NCBI GenBank assembly: GCA_963832105.1
Contig: CAWHSS010000002.1
Location: forward strand, 422,150-486,149
Length of the DNA stretch: 64,000 nucleotides
From: an uncultured Chloroflexia bacterium
GTDB lineage: Bacteria; Chloroflexota; Limnocylindria; Limnocylindrales; CSP1-4
Direction: 5' to 3'
The notes beneath the pieces are model-generated. The model made no database searches, had not been told where the DNA came from, and saw only the letters and a list, made by a program, of their open reading frames with translations. Made by a program: the position numbers and the translations under genes. Below, piece by piece: positions 34,849 through 44,731 of the stretch (positions are counted from its first letter, which is position 1; the number at the start of each line of letters is the position of its first letter).

Positions 34849-35957
34849 GTGGAAGAGTACCGCGAGTGGGCCGCGCCTCGGTCCCGCGGCCGGTGAAGGC
34901 CTGGAAGGGGCCGTCTCCGGGCGAGCCCGGTCACAACGGCGATCAGCCTGCCGCCGGGCGGGACGAGACGATGAAGGCGATCGAGGACGCGGGGATCGAC
35001 CTCGACCCGCTGCCGCCGGGCCAGCACCGCCACGGCGCGGACATCCATGAGCACGACCATCCGCATCCCCATGTCCGGAGCGAGGGCGATGAGCCGCCGG
35101 TCATCGGGATCATCGGGGCGGGAGCGGTGGGGACGGCCCTCGGCGTCGCGCTGAGCCGGGCGGGCTGGCGAGTCCATGCCGTCGCCAGTCGCGATGCCGC
35201 CCGCCGCGAGCGCTTCCGCAGCCTCGTCAAGGGCAGCCGCGCGTTCAGCGAGCCGACGGCGCTCGTCGAGGAGGTCGAGCTCGTCATCGTCGCGGTCCCG
35301 GACGACGCCGTCGCCGAGGTCGCGGCAGGGATCCGGATGTACGGCGGCCAGGCGATGGTCCATACGAGCGGCGTCCTCGGCCCCGAAGTCCTCGCGCCGG
35401 CGACGGCCGCCGGGACGCAGATCGGGTCGTTCCATCCGCTCGTCGCATTCGCCGACACGGAGCGGGCAGTCGCGGCGCTCCACGGGGCGACCGTCGCGAT
35501 CGAGGGCGACGACCAGCTGGCGGCCTTGCTCGCCGAGATGGCCGAAGCGCTCGGGGCGATCCCGGTGCGGCTCGCGCCTGGCGCGAAGGCGGCCTACCAC
35601 GCCGCCGCGGTGCTCGCCGCGGGCGGCTTCGTGGCGCTCCTGGACGCGATCGCCGAGCTCGGCCGGGTGGCCGGTCTCGACGAGGCCGGAGCGCTCGCGA
35701 TTTACGGGCCGCTCATCGAGCAGACGCTGGGCAACGCGAGGGCCTTGGGGATCCAGGCGGCGCTCACGGGACCGATGACCCGCGGCGACCGGGGGACCCT
35801 CGAGGCCCACCTGGCGGCCCTCCGCGAACACGCGCCCGGGGTCCTCGACCTGTACGTCGCCGCAGCGGAACGGGAGATCGCCCTGGCCGAGGCCCGTGGC
35901 GCCCTGACACCGGAGGCTGCCACGAACCTTCGATCGTCACTTGCAACGGCGGTTTGA
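34849..35957 (+). CDS. Rossmann-like/DUF2520 protein (PanG-like oxidoreductase) with His-rich N-terminal extension; start uncertain
   Basis: IIGAGAVG, AVPDD, HTSG, FHPL, YHAAAV, LTGPMTRGD. Confidence 0.85.
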
Positions 35958-35974
35958 CGCGGTACCATTGGCCC

Positions 35975-36298
35975 GTGGAGGACAGCATCGCCGCGAAGTA
36001 CGCGGCCCGGTCGGCGGCCCAATTCGTGCACCCGTCGTCGCGGGCGCGCGAGCGGCGTCTCGGCCTTCGCGCAGCCGGCTCGTTCCGAGCCGCGACTACC
36101 CGCGCCACCGTCCTTCGCCGACCGGACGGCAACGTCCTGGCCCGGCTTCGAGGTGGCTGGCGCGCCTTCCGCGCAGCCCAGCCGCGGCGAGCCACGGACG
36201 GGCGGCCGCGGCCTGCGATCGCGATGCACTGGGAGCGTTCCGGCCGCGCCGGGACGGACCACCGGTCCAGCGCCGCCATGGCGCCGTGGCGCGGCTGA
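35975..36298 (+). CDS. Arg-rich hypothetical protein, probably leaderless
   Basis: TTGCAA-16-TACCAT then GTG 6 nt later. Overlaps the NUDIX start. Confidence 0.45.
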   Translation: MEDSIAAKYAARSAAQFVHPSSRARERRLGLRAAGSFRAATTRATVLRRPDGNVLARLRGGWRAFRAAQPRRATDGRPRPAIAMHWERSGRAGTDHRSSAAMAPWRG

Positions 36299-36790
36299 GG
36301 ACCACGACCGCCACATCCGCCGGCGGGATCGTCGTTCGGTTCGAATCCGGAGATCCGCACCTGGTCGATCGGCTCGCGCCGGCGTGACCGCGACATCGTG
36401 ACCTGGACTCTGCCGAAGGGGACCCCGAACCCGGGCGAGACTCGTGAGCAGACCGCGATCCGCGAGGTCGGCGAGGAGACGGGCCTCGAGGTTCGCATCA
36501 CCGGTCCCCTCGACTCGATCGAGTACTGGTTCGTCCAGCGCGGCCTGCGCATCCACAAGACCGTCCACTACTTCCTGATGGAGCCGATCGGCGGTGACCT
36601 CGACCGCCACGACCACGAGTTCGAGGCGGTTCGCTGGATCAGCTTCGCAGAGGCTCAGCACCTCCTGACGTTCGAAACCGAGCGCGCACTCGTCGCGCGA
36701 GCGGGCGCGCAGATCGCCGCCGGCCGGACCGACCCGGCCGGCAGGCCGGGGACTGCGGGCCAGGGAGCGCCCGCCAGGCAGGGCGCCTGA
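36286..36790 (+). CDS. NUDIX hydrolase, frameshift near 36367
   Basis: SAGGIVVR, then WTLPKG-x5-E...AIREVGEETGL (Nudix box). Confidence 0.88.
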
Positions 36791-36791
36791 C

Positions 36792-37907
36792 GTGACCAAC
36801 GCGGTCGACCCCGGGGTCCACCTGACCCCGCTCCATGATCGGCACGTGGCGCTGGGCGCCAAGTTGATCGAGTTCGGCGGCTGGCTGATGCCGCTTCAGT
36901 ACGCCGGGATCCTCGAGGAGCATCGGGCCGTCCGCGAGCGGGCCGGCCTCTTCGACCTGTCCCATATGGGCGAGCTATTCATCGAGGGATCGGACGCGGG
37001 CAGCGCTCTCGCCTACGCCCTCGTCACGAATCCACCGGCGATGACGGAGGGCCGCGCCCACTACTCGATGATCTGTGAGCCCGACGGCGGAATCATCGAC
37101 GACCTCATCGTCTATCGGCTCGGACCGGAACGGTTCCTCGTCGTTGCCAACGCCTCGAATGCCCCCGTCGTCAGCGATGCGCTGGCCGAGCGGCTGACCG
37201 ATTTCAAGGCTGTCCTCGACGATCGGTCGCTGGCGATGGCGCTCGTCGCGATCCAGGGGCCGCGCGCAGTCGACATCCTCACCCCGGTCACCGACATCGA
37301 CCTGGCCGCCCTGCGCTATTACGCGATTGCCGAGGGGTCGGTCGCCGGCATCCCGTCCCTCGTCGCCCGGACGGGCTACACGGGCGAAGACGGGTTCGAG
37401 GTGTTCGTGGAGAACGCCCGGGCCCACGAGCTCTGGGACGCGCTCTCGGAGGCGGGCAAGGGACACGGCCTGGTGCCGGTCGGTCTCGGGGCCCGCGACA
37501 CGCTCCGGCTCGAGGCGGGCATGCCCCTCTACGGCAATGAGCTCGACCGGGAGACGAACCCCTTCGAGGCGGGCCAGGGGCGGATCGTCAAGCTCGACAA
37601 GCCGGGCGACTTCGTCGGCCGGGCGGCCCTCGAGAAGGTCGCCCGCGACGGTCCCGCGAAGCGACTCGTCGGACTGACGATGCAGGGTCGAGGGATCGCG
37701 CGGCACGGCTACCCGGTGCACTCCGGGTCGAGCCAAACCGGCGTCATCACGAGCGGCACCCAATCGCCGACGCTCGGCAAGGCGATCGCGATGGCCTACG
37801 TCGCCCCTGACGCTGCAGAGCCGGGTACGATAGTCGACGTGGAGATTCGCGAGCAGCGAGTGGCCGCCGAGGTGGTCGGCCTGCCCTTCTACAAGCGGAG
37901 CGCCTGA
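36792..37907 (+). CDS. gcvT: Glycine cleavage aminomethyltransferase T
   Basis: TPLHD, FGGWLMP, FDLSHMG, RTGYTGEDGFE, GLGARDTLRLEAG. Confidence 0.97.
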   Translation: MTNAVDPGVHLTPLHDRHVALGAKLIEFGGWLMPLQYAGILEEHRAVRERAGLFDLSHMGELFIEGSDAGSALAYALVTNPPAMTEGRAHYSMICEPDGGIIDDLIVYRLGPERFLVVANASNAPVVSDALAERLTDFKAVLDDRSLAMALVAIQGPRAVDILTPVTDIDLAALRYYAIAEGSVAGIPSLVARTGYTGEDGFEVFVENARAHELWDALSEAGKGHGLVPVGLGARDTLRLEAGMPLYGNELDRETNPFEAGQGRIVKLDKPGDFVGRAALEKVARDGPAKRLVGLTMQGRGIARHGYPVHSGSSQTGVITSGTQSPTLGKAIAMAYVAPDAAEPGTIVDVEIREQRVAAEVVGLPFYKRSA

Positions 37908-37982
37908 GGCTCCGTCCCGGGCGGGACCTGTCGATCTGAAACGAGCTTCCCTGTCGAACCGGCACGTCCGAGGAGTCCGACG

Positions 37983-38363
37983 ATGGTCCCAACCGATCTG
38001 CGGTACACGAAGGATCACGAGTGGGTCCGCGTCGACGGCGACGAGGCCACGATCGGCATCACGGAGTACGCCGCCGGTCAGCTCGGCGACATCGTCTTCG
38101 TCGAGTTGCCGGATGCGGGCCGAACCCTCGACCAGTTCGCGACGTTCGGGGTCGTCGAGTCCGTCAAGGCGGTCAGCGACCTGTTCGCCCCGGTCTCGGG
38201 TGAGGTGGTCACCACCAACGAGGCCCTGACCGGCTCGCCGGAGCTCGTCAACGCCGACCCGCACGGCGGCGGCTGGATGATCCGGATCAAGCTCGCCAAG
38301 CCGGAGGAAGTCGACGATCTCCTCGACGCGGCGGCGTACGACGAGCTGATCGCGGCGGGCTAG
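37983..38363 (+). CDS. gcvH: Glycine cleavage H protein
   Basis: YTKDHEW, LGDIVFVELP, VESVKAVSD (lipoyl Lys). Confidence 0.97.
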   Translation: MVPTDLRYTKDHEWVRVDGDEATIGITEYAAGQLGDIVFVELPDAGRTLDQFATFGVVESVKAVSDLFAPVSGEVVTTNEALTGSPELVNADPHGGGWMIRIKLAKPEEVDDLLDAAAYDELIAAG

Positions 38364-38367
38364 TCCG

Positions 38368-39831
38368 ATGCCGTACGGACCGCACACGGACGAAGACCGG
38401 GAGCGAATGCTCGCGACGCTCGGCATCGCACACGTCGACGAGCTGTTCGCGGACATTCCGGCGCCGCTGCGGGCCAGCCGGCTCGATCTACCGGAGCCCG
38501 AGCCGGAACTCGAGCTTGCCGCTCGACTCGAGGGCCTCGCCGGCAAGAACCGGACCGATCTCGCATCGTTCCTGGGGGCGGGCGTCTATCGCCACTGGAC
38601 GCCCGCGGCCGTCGACCAGCTCCTCCTGCGGGGCGAGTGGTACACGGCCTACACGCCCTACCAGCCCGAGATCAGCCAGGGGACGCTCCAGAGCATCTAC
38701 GAGTACGAGTCGCTCATCGCCGAGCTGATGGATCTCGACGTGGTCTCCGCCTCGCACTACGACGGCGCGGCGGCCACGGCCGAAGCGGCGTTGATGACAT
38801 GTCGGGCGACGCGCCGCGAGCGGGTCCTCGTGTCGCGGGCGGTCCACCCGCACTACCGCCAGACCGTCCAGGCCTACTTCGGGGGCGGCCTCGAGGTCGA
38901 GGAGATCCCCGTCGTCGCGGACGGACCGGAGGCCGGGACGACCGACCTCGCGGCACTCGAGCGGCTCCTGGCCGACTCGGACCGACCGGTTGCCGGCGTC
39001 GTGGCCGGTCAGCCGAACTTCTTCGGGCTGCTGGAGCCGATGGAGGAGATCGGACGGCTGGCGCATGGCGCCGGAGCGCTGTTCGTGGCGGTGGTCGAAC
39101 CCGTCTCGCTCGCGGTCCTTGCGCCACCCGGCGCATACGGCGCCGACATCGCCGCCGGCGAAGGCCAGCCCCTCGGGATCGCGCCCCAGTACGGCGGGCC
39201 CTATCTCGGCCTCCTCGCCTCGACCGATGCCCTCGTCCGGCAGATCCCCGGCCGCCTGGTCGGCCTGACGGCCGACCTCGATGGCAAGCGGGCCTTCGTC
39301 ATGACGATGCGGGCCCGGGAGCAGGACATCCGGCGCGACAAGGCCGCGAGCAACATCTGCACGAACCAGGCGCTGCTCGCCCTTGCCGCGAGCATCTACG
39401 TCTCGACGCTCGGGCCTCACGGGCTCCGCGACGTGGCGGCGCTCGGAGCCGCCCGCGCCGCCGAGCTCGAGGCCGCCCTCGCGGCGGTCGGCGTCGGACG
39501 GCTTCATCCGGGCCCCTACCTCAACGAGTTCGCGGTGCGCGTCCCGGGCGCGAGGGACGTCCACCGGCGGCTTCTCGACCGCGGCGTCCTGGCCGGACTG
39601 GCGCTCGTCGACGTCGAGCCCGACGATCCGTCGCTGGCCGATGCCCTGCTCGTCTGCGCGACGGAGGTCACGACGAGCGAGGAGATCGCCCGCTTCGCGT
39701 CCGGGCTCGAGGACGTCCTGTCGGGCCGCCCGCCGGTCGGCGTCGAGGCGGGTGCCGGGGCCGAACGGGCGCGGCACCCACGTCACGGTGCGGGGCAGCC
39801 GGAGCCGGCCCCGACGCGAGGCCGGGCGTGA
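38368..39831 (+). CDS. gcvPA: Glycine dehydrogenase subunit 1
   Basis: YTAYTPYQPEISQG, YGGP, REQDIRRDKAASNICTNQ. Confidence 0.96.
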   Translation: MPYGPHTDEDRERMLATLGIAHVDELFADIPAPLRASRLDLPEPEPELELAARLEGLAGKNRTDLASFLGAGVYRHWTPAAVDQLLLRGEWYTAYTPYQPEISQGTLQSIYEYESLIAELMDLDVVSASHYDGAAATAEAALMTCRATRRERVLVSRAVHPHYRQTVQAYFGGGLEVEEIPVVADGPEAGTTDLAALERLLADSDRPVAGVVAGQPNFFGLLEPMEEIGRLAHGAGALFVAVVEPVSLAVLAPPGAYGADIAAGEGQPLGIAPQYGGPYLGLLASTDALVRQIPGRLVGLTADLDGKRAFVMTMRAREQDIRRDKAASNICTNQALLALAASIYVSTLGPHGLRDVAALGAARAAELEAALAAVGVGRLHPGPYLNEFAVRVPGARDVHRRLLDRGVLAGLALVDVEPDDPSLADALLVCATEVTTSEEIARFASGLEDVLSGRPPVGVEAGAGAERARHPRHGAGQPEPAPTRGRA

Positions 39832-41327
39832 GTGTCGTCGGCGACCGCCTCGGGCCGACGATCTTCGAGCGGTCGCGGCCGGGACGCGGCGGCGGCAAGA
39901 TCCCGCACCCGCCAAAGGATGCGCTGGACCGGATTCCGGCGGCGGCCCGCCGGGACACGCCGCCGGCCCTGCCCGAACTGAACGAACCCGAGGTCGTCCG
40001 CCACTACGTCAACCTGTCGCAGCTGAATTACGCGATCGACACGGGTTTCTACCCGCTCGGCTCATGCACGATGAAGTTCAACCCGAAGCTCAACGAGTGG
40101 GCGGCCCGCCTGCCCGGCTTCGCGGCGCTCCACCCGCTCGCCCCCGACGAGGTCGCGCAGGGCACGCTCCAGCTGCTGTGGGAGCTCGAAGGGATCCTCG
40201 CCGAGGTCAGCGGCATGCGGGCCGTCACATTGCAGCCGGCAGCCGGCGCCCAGGGCGAGCTGTGCGGGATCCTCATGATCCGGGCGTATCACCGCAGCCG
40301 GGGCGACACGGCCCGCGACGAGGTGCTGGTCCCGGACTCATCACACGGCACAAACCCGGCAACGGCCACGATGGCAGGCTTCCGGACGATCACGATCCCG
40401 TCGGCCGCCGACGGGGGCGTCGACGTCGACGCGTTCCGGGCGGCGCTCGGACCGCGGACGGCGGCCGTCATGATCACGAATCCGTCCACCCTCGGCCTGT
40501 TCGAGCGCCGGATCGGCGAGCTGCTCGACGCCGTCCACCAGGCCGGTGCCCTCGCCTACATGGACGGCGCGAATCTCAACGCGATTCTCGGCCGGTTCAA
40601 GCCGGGTGAGGCCGGCTTCGACGTCATGCACTTCAACGTCCATAAGACGTTCAGCACACCACACGGCGGCGGGGGTCCCGGTGCCGGTCCGGTCGGGGTG
40701 GGGGAGCGGCTGCTGCCGTACCTGCCGGCGCCGCGCGTCCTCCGCGAGGACGATGGCTCGTTCCGCCTCGAACGACCCGGCGAGCGCCCGACCTCGATCG
40801 GCCGGCTCCGCAGCTTCGTCGGCAACACCGGTGTTCTCGTTCGCGCCTACACATACCTCCGGGCGCATGGCGGCTCGGGCCTGCGCCAGGTCAGCGACGA
40901 CGCGGTTCTCGCGGCCAACTACCTGAAGGCCCGCGTCTCGGCGGCCTACGAGATTCCGTACGACCGGCCGTGCAAGCACGAGTTCGTGGCATCCGCTGCG
41001 GCGATCAAGAAGCGAACCGGCGTCCGGACGCTCGACATCGCCAAGCGCCTGATCGACCACGGCTACCACCCGCCGACGATCTACTTCCCGCTCATCGTCG
41101 AGGAGGGGATGCTCATCGAGCCGACCGAGACCGAGTCGGTCGAGACCCTCGACGCGTTCGCCGACGCGCTGATCGCGATCGCGGGGGAGGCCGACAGCGA
41201 CCCGGACCTCGTCCGGAGTGCGCCGCACACCGCCCCGGTCCGCCGTCTCGACGAGGCGATGGCGGCGCGCCAGCCGAACCTGCGCTGGCGCGGCATGACC
41301 GGCGCACAGACTCCGTGCCCGGACTGA
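39828..41327 (+). CDS. gcvPB: Glycine dehydrogenase subunit 2
   Basis: PLGSCTMKFNPK, HFNVHKTFSTPHGGGGPG, IEPTETES. Confidence 0.96.
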   Translation: MSVVGDRLGPTIFERSRPGRGGGKIPHPPKDALDRIPAAARRDTPPALPELNEPEVVRHYVNLSQLNYAIDTGFYPLGSCTMKFNPKLNEWAARLPGFAALHPLAPDEVAQGTLQLLWELEGILAEVSGMRAVTLQPAAGAQGELCGILMIRAYHRSRGDTARDEVLVPDSSHGTNPATATMAGFRTITIPSAADGGVDVDAFRAALGPRTAAVMITNPSTLGLFERRIGELLDAVHQAGALAYMDGANLNAILGRFKPGEAGFDVMHFNVHKTFSTPHGGGGPGAGPVGVGERLLPYLPAPRVLREDDGSFRLERPGERPTSIGRLRSFVGNTGVLVRAYTYLRAHGGSGLRQVSDDAVLAANYLKARVSAAYEIPYDRPCKHEFVASAAAIKKRTGVRTLDIAKRLIDHGYHPPTIYFPLIVEEGMLIEPTETESVETLDAFADALIAIAGEADSDPDLVRSAPHTAPVRRLDEAMAARQPNLRWRGMTGAQTPCPD

Positions 41328-43138
41328 TGGCCCGTCGGTCGGCCGTGGCCGGCCTGCTCGCGATCACGATGATCACTGCGGCGTGCGACGCCAACCTTCC
41401 GTCACCGGTCGCGAGTCGCAGCGGCGGCCCCTCGGCCACCGCCCCGCCCAGCACGACGCCCGGGGTCGTGATCGACCTCACCGGGACCGCCTACGCCGCG
41501 GAGGCCGGCACGGACGGCGGGGCCGCCGTGATCGGCGATACCGAGCAAGCCAACCAGTTCAACCCGTTCTACCTCCGCGAGGGATCGGAGCAGGCCGTCG
41601 CGTCGGCGGCGTGGGCCACGCTCGTCACCGTCACCCACGACCGCCGCTATCTGCCGGATCTCGCGACGTCCGTCCCGACGGTCGACAACGGCGGCGTCGA
41701 GTCGCCCGGCAAGGACGGCGACGCCATGACCGTCAACTGGAAGCTTCGCGACGGTCTCACGTGGTCGGATGGCGAGGCCCTGACCTGCGATGACTTCAAG
41801 TACACGTGGGAATGGGTCCTCGACGACGACAACTTCGGCGTCGTCACCGCGGGCTACGACGACATCGAGAATCTCGAGTGCAAATCGGACACCGAGATGA
41901 TCTGGCACTTCGGCGCCGTGTACGAGGGCTACCTCATGCTGCTCTCGACCCCGCTGCCCCGGCACCACCTCGAGCCGATCCCGATGGACCAGCAGACCCA
42001 GGGGGTTGGCTTCCGACCGGACGAGATCGCGAAGCTGCCCGTGAGTGGCCCGTTCCGGTTCGAGGCGGTAACCCCCGATGTCGAGCTCAAGATGGCGAAA
42101 AACCCGGCGTACCTCAGTCCCCGGACGGGGAAGCCGGCCCATCTCGATTCGCTGACGTTTCGCTGGTACGCGGATCAGGCGGCGCTGATCGCGGCCTTTC
42201 GGGCCGGCGCGGTGGACGTCGCAACCGGGTTCAGCGACCTGGATCTGCCGAAACTGTCGGATCTCGGCGAGGCGGTCCTCACGCGGCCGTCCTTGACGTA
42301 CGAGGCGCTCCGGCCGAACTGGTCGGACGAGGTCTGTGCGTCGGACCGCGCGGTGAAGGACCGCGGCGCCGGCTGCCCGATGGCCGATCCGGCGATCCGC
42401 CAGGCACTCTCCCTGGCAATCGATCGGGACGCGATCGTGGCCAAGGCGCTCGGGAGGTCCGTCACGGTACCCGCGACCAACGTCGATCCGCTCGCCTGGT
42501 TCTACGCTCAACAGCCCACGCCGACCGCCGACCCCACGGCGGCCATGGAGATCCTCGACGAAGCGGGCTGGACGGACACCGACGGCGACGGAATCCGCGA
42601 GAACGAGGGCCTGGAGGCGCTGATCGAGATCTGCACGACGGACCGCCAGACGCGGCTCGACACAGCCGCGCTCGTCACGGCGGCGGTCGCGGAGGTCGGC
42701 ATCCGGGCGATCACCACGGATGTCGACCCGGACACGATGTTTGCGCCGTACGACCGATCGGGCACGGCGACGCCGTGTGCCCTGGAACGGGGCAACTTCG
42801 ATCTCGCGCTCCATTCCCTGACCGCCTCGATCGATCCCCGTGATTACTACTTCAAGTACCACAGCAGCCAGTTCGAGCCGGACGGCCAGAACGACGCGCG
42901 GATCAACAACGTCGGGATCGACGTCGCACTCGAGACCGTCGGCAGCAGCGTCCATCCGGCGGTCATCCGCGACGCGATGATCGAGTTCCAGGAGATCTAC
43001 GTCGAGCAGATCGTCGAAATCCCGATGTACGTATCGGAGACCGTGGAGCTCCACGCCCCGAAGATCGGCAACGTGGTGGGGGGCTCGCCGCTGGGCGGCG
43101 CGACATGGAACGTTGCCGACTGGTTCGTGAAGGGCTGA
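41327..43138 (+). CDS. Family-5 (peptide/nickel) ABC substrate-binding lipoprotein, orphan
   Basis: Lipobox TAAC, WKLRDGLTWSDG, SGPF, IRQALSLAIDR. Confidence 0.9.
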   Translation: MARRSAVAGLLAITMITAACDANLPSPVASRSGGPSATAPPSTTPGVVIDLTGTAYAAEAGTDGGAAVIGDTEQANQFNPFYLREGSEQAVASAAWATLVTVTHDRRYLPDLATSVPTVDNGGVESPGKDGDAMTVNWKLRDGLTWSDGEALTCDDFKYTWEWVLDDDNFGVVTAGYDDIENLECKSDTEMIWHFGAVYEGYLMLLSTPLPRHHLEPIPMDQQTQGVGFRPDEIAKLPVSGPFRFEAVTPDVELKMAKNPAYLSPRTGKPAHLDSLTFRWYADQAALIAAFRAGAVDVATGFSDLDLPKLSDLGEAVLTRPSLTYEALRPNWSDEVCASDRAVKDRGAGCPMADPAIRQALSLAIDRDAIVAKALGRSVTVPATNVDPLAWFYAQQPTPTADPTAAMEILDEAGWTDTDGDGIRENEGLEALIEICTTDRQTRLDTAALVTAAVAEVGIRAITTDVDPDTMFAPYDRSGTATPCALERGNFDLALHSLTASIDPRDYYFKYHSSQFEPDGQNDARINNVGIDVALETVGSSVHPAVIRDAMIEFQEIYVEQIVEIPMYVSETVELHAPKIGNVVGGSPLGGATWNVADWFVKG

Positions 43139-43338
43139 ACCCGCGGCGCGACGGCCCGCGCGAGGCCGGTACGCGACGGCCCGCTCCCGAGTGGAATGAA
43201 CCATTTGCGCGCGTGACCCGTATCGTGTAGACAAGAGAGGCCCCGGGGGCCCCGATCCGCGCGCACGGAGATCGAACAACGGACGACACTGCGGGAGGCG
43301 CAGAGTCGGAGGCCATCAGGAAGCACGACGCCGCGCTG

Positions 43339-43917
43339 GTGCGGCGTGTCCAGGCCGACGATCTCGACGCCTTCGAGGAGTTCTTCGCCCGGTACCGCAA
43401 CCCGATCTATCGGACAGCCTACGGACTGACCGGTGATCGGCAGGCTGCGGAGGAAATCCTGCAGGACACGTTTGCGCGTGCCTATCAGCACCGCCACGCC
43501 CTGCGCCTGGATATCTCCCCCCTGCACTGGTTGCACCGGGTCTCCCTGAACCTCTGCTACTCACGCCTCTCCCGGCGGCGCCTCGTCGCGAGCCCGATCG
43601 ACGAGGCCACGGCGCAGACCGTGCCCGACGACCGGCAGCTTCCCGCCGAACGCGTGGAGGAAGAGGAGCTGCGCCTGATCGTCCGCGATGGAATCGCGAC
43701 GCTGCCACAGAAACACCAGGCGGTGATCGTCCTCTACTACCTCCACCGGCATTCGCTCCAGGAGACCGCTGACGCGCTCGGTATCCAGGTCGGGACGGTG
43801 AAGTCCCGCCTCCACTACGCGCTTCGTCGTCTGCGCGGCCACTTCGAGGACCAGCAGCGGATCGGCGATGAGTACCTGCCGGTCATGCGAGAAGAAATGG
43901 GACCGAAGCCGCTGTGA
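43339..43917 (+). CDS. ECF sigma-70 factor (frame open further upstream)
   Basis: AFEEFF, AEEILQDTF, WLHRVSLN, GIQVGTVKSRLHYA. Confidence 0.92.
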   Translation: MRRVQADDLDAFEEFFARYRNPIYRTAYGLTGDRQAAEEILQDTFARAYQHRHALRLDISPLHWLHRVSLNLCYSRLSRRRLVASPIDEATAQTVPDDRQLPAERVEEEELRLIVRDGIATLPQKHQAVIVLYYLHRHSLQETADALGIQVGTVKSRLHYALRRLRGHFEDQQRIGDEYLPVMREEMGPKPL

Positions 43918-44480
43918 TCGACTTCACCGGCAGCTGCCGCCGTCATCGAGCGGCCCTGATCGACTTCGTCGACCGGGGCGCCCTGAGCGATTCCGCTGAG
44001 GCGGCGTTCTCACATCTCGAGCGGTGCGGCCGATGCGTTTCCGAGCTCGAGACAACGGCCCTGACGATCACGGCGCTCCGGCGCCTCGGCGACGCGATGG
44101 CACGCCAGGAGCCGCGGCCCGACGCGTGGCCCCGGTTGCGTGATCGGATCACCCGCCGTAGTCGGGTCCGGTCGGTGCTGATGTCACCCGCAACAGGCAT
44201 GGCCATGAGCCTCGCGATCGTCGTGGTCATGGTGATCCCGCTGAGCTTCGGCACGGGCGAGGCCACGATTCTCGCACCGACCACCGCTCCGGCCGCGCCC
44301 GGTAGTTCGCTTGAGCTCAGCGTCGACCGATCCCGGCCCATCGCAATTTCCACCCGATCGACGCAAGTCGCTATTTCCATCGACCCCGCCAGATGGGCTG
44401 GTCCGGACGGTCTCGGGGTCCAGGTTTCAGCAAGCGGTCGGTCCGTTCCGCGCCGAAGTGGCTCGGGCGGTCCGCTGTGA
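43914..44480 (+). CDS. Putative zinc-binding (ZAS/zf-HC2-like) membrane anti-sigma factor
   Basis: C...HLERCGRC (HxxxCxxC), one TM, GTGA overlap with the sigma gene. Confidence 0.75.
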   Translation: MIDFTGSCRRHRAALIDFVDRGALSDSAEAAFSHLERCGRCVSELETTALTITALRRLGDAMARQEPRPDAWPRLRDRITRRSRVRSVLMSPATGMAMSLAIVVVMVIPLSFGTGEATILAPTTAPAAPGSSLELSVDRSRPIAISTRSTQVAISIDPARWAGPDGLGVQVSASGRSVPRRSGSGGPL

Positions 44481-44530
44481 GACACGAGGAGGTGAACTCG
44501 AAACTAGTGCCACGCCAGAGGGTGGCAAGT

Positions 44531-44722
44531 TTGACATCCCGCGTCCCCATCGCGCACCCTACGCGGAGCACAGCGGCCGGTATCCGCGATAGCTGGTGCG
44601 ATTCTCGCATGTCCAGGGCCACACCCAGTGGCCGAGTCAGGCGACTCGCAGACGGTGGGAATCGACGGCGCCGGGATACGGCCGTGTTCGTGGGAGTATT
44701 TGGGCACAGCCCAAGTTGGAGG
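44531..44722 (+). promoter_or_regulatory. Promoter (TTGACA) and structured 5' leader of the Opp operon
   Basis: TTGACA at 44531, weak -10 CACCCT at 44555. Nested stems 44566-44689 and a hairpin abutting the SD. Confidence 0.5.
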
Positions 44723-44731
44723 AGAAACTAG

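Noticed and set aside
36700-36792. Glycine riboswitch before gcvT
   Set aside because: The region is coding and has no aptamer motifs.
43315-43338. ATC start for the ECF sigma factor
   Set aside because: It is in frame, but GGAGG is only 2 nt upstream, so it cannot be supported.
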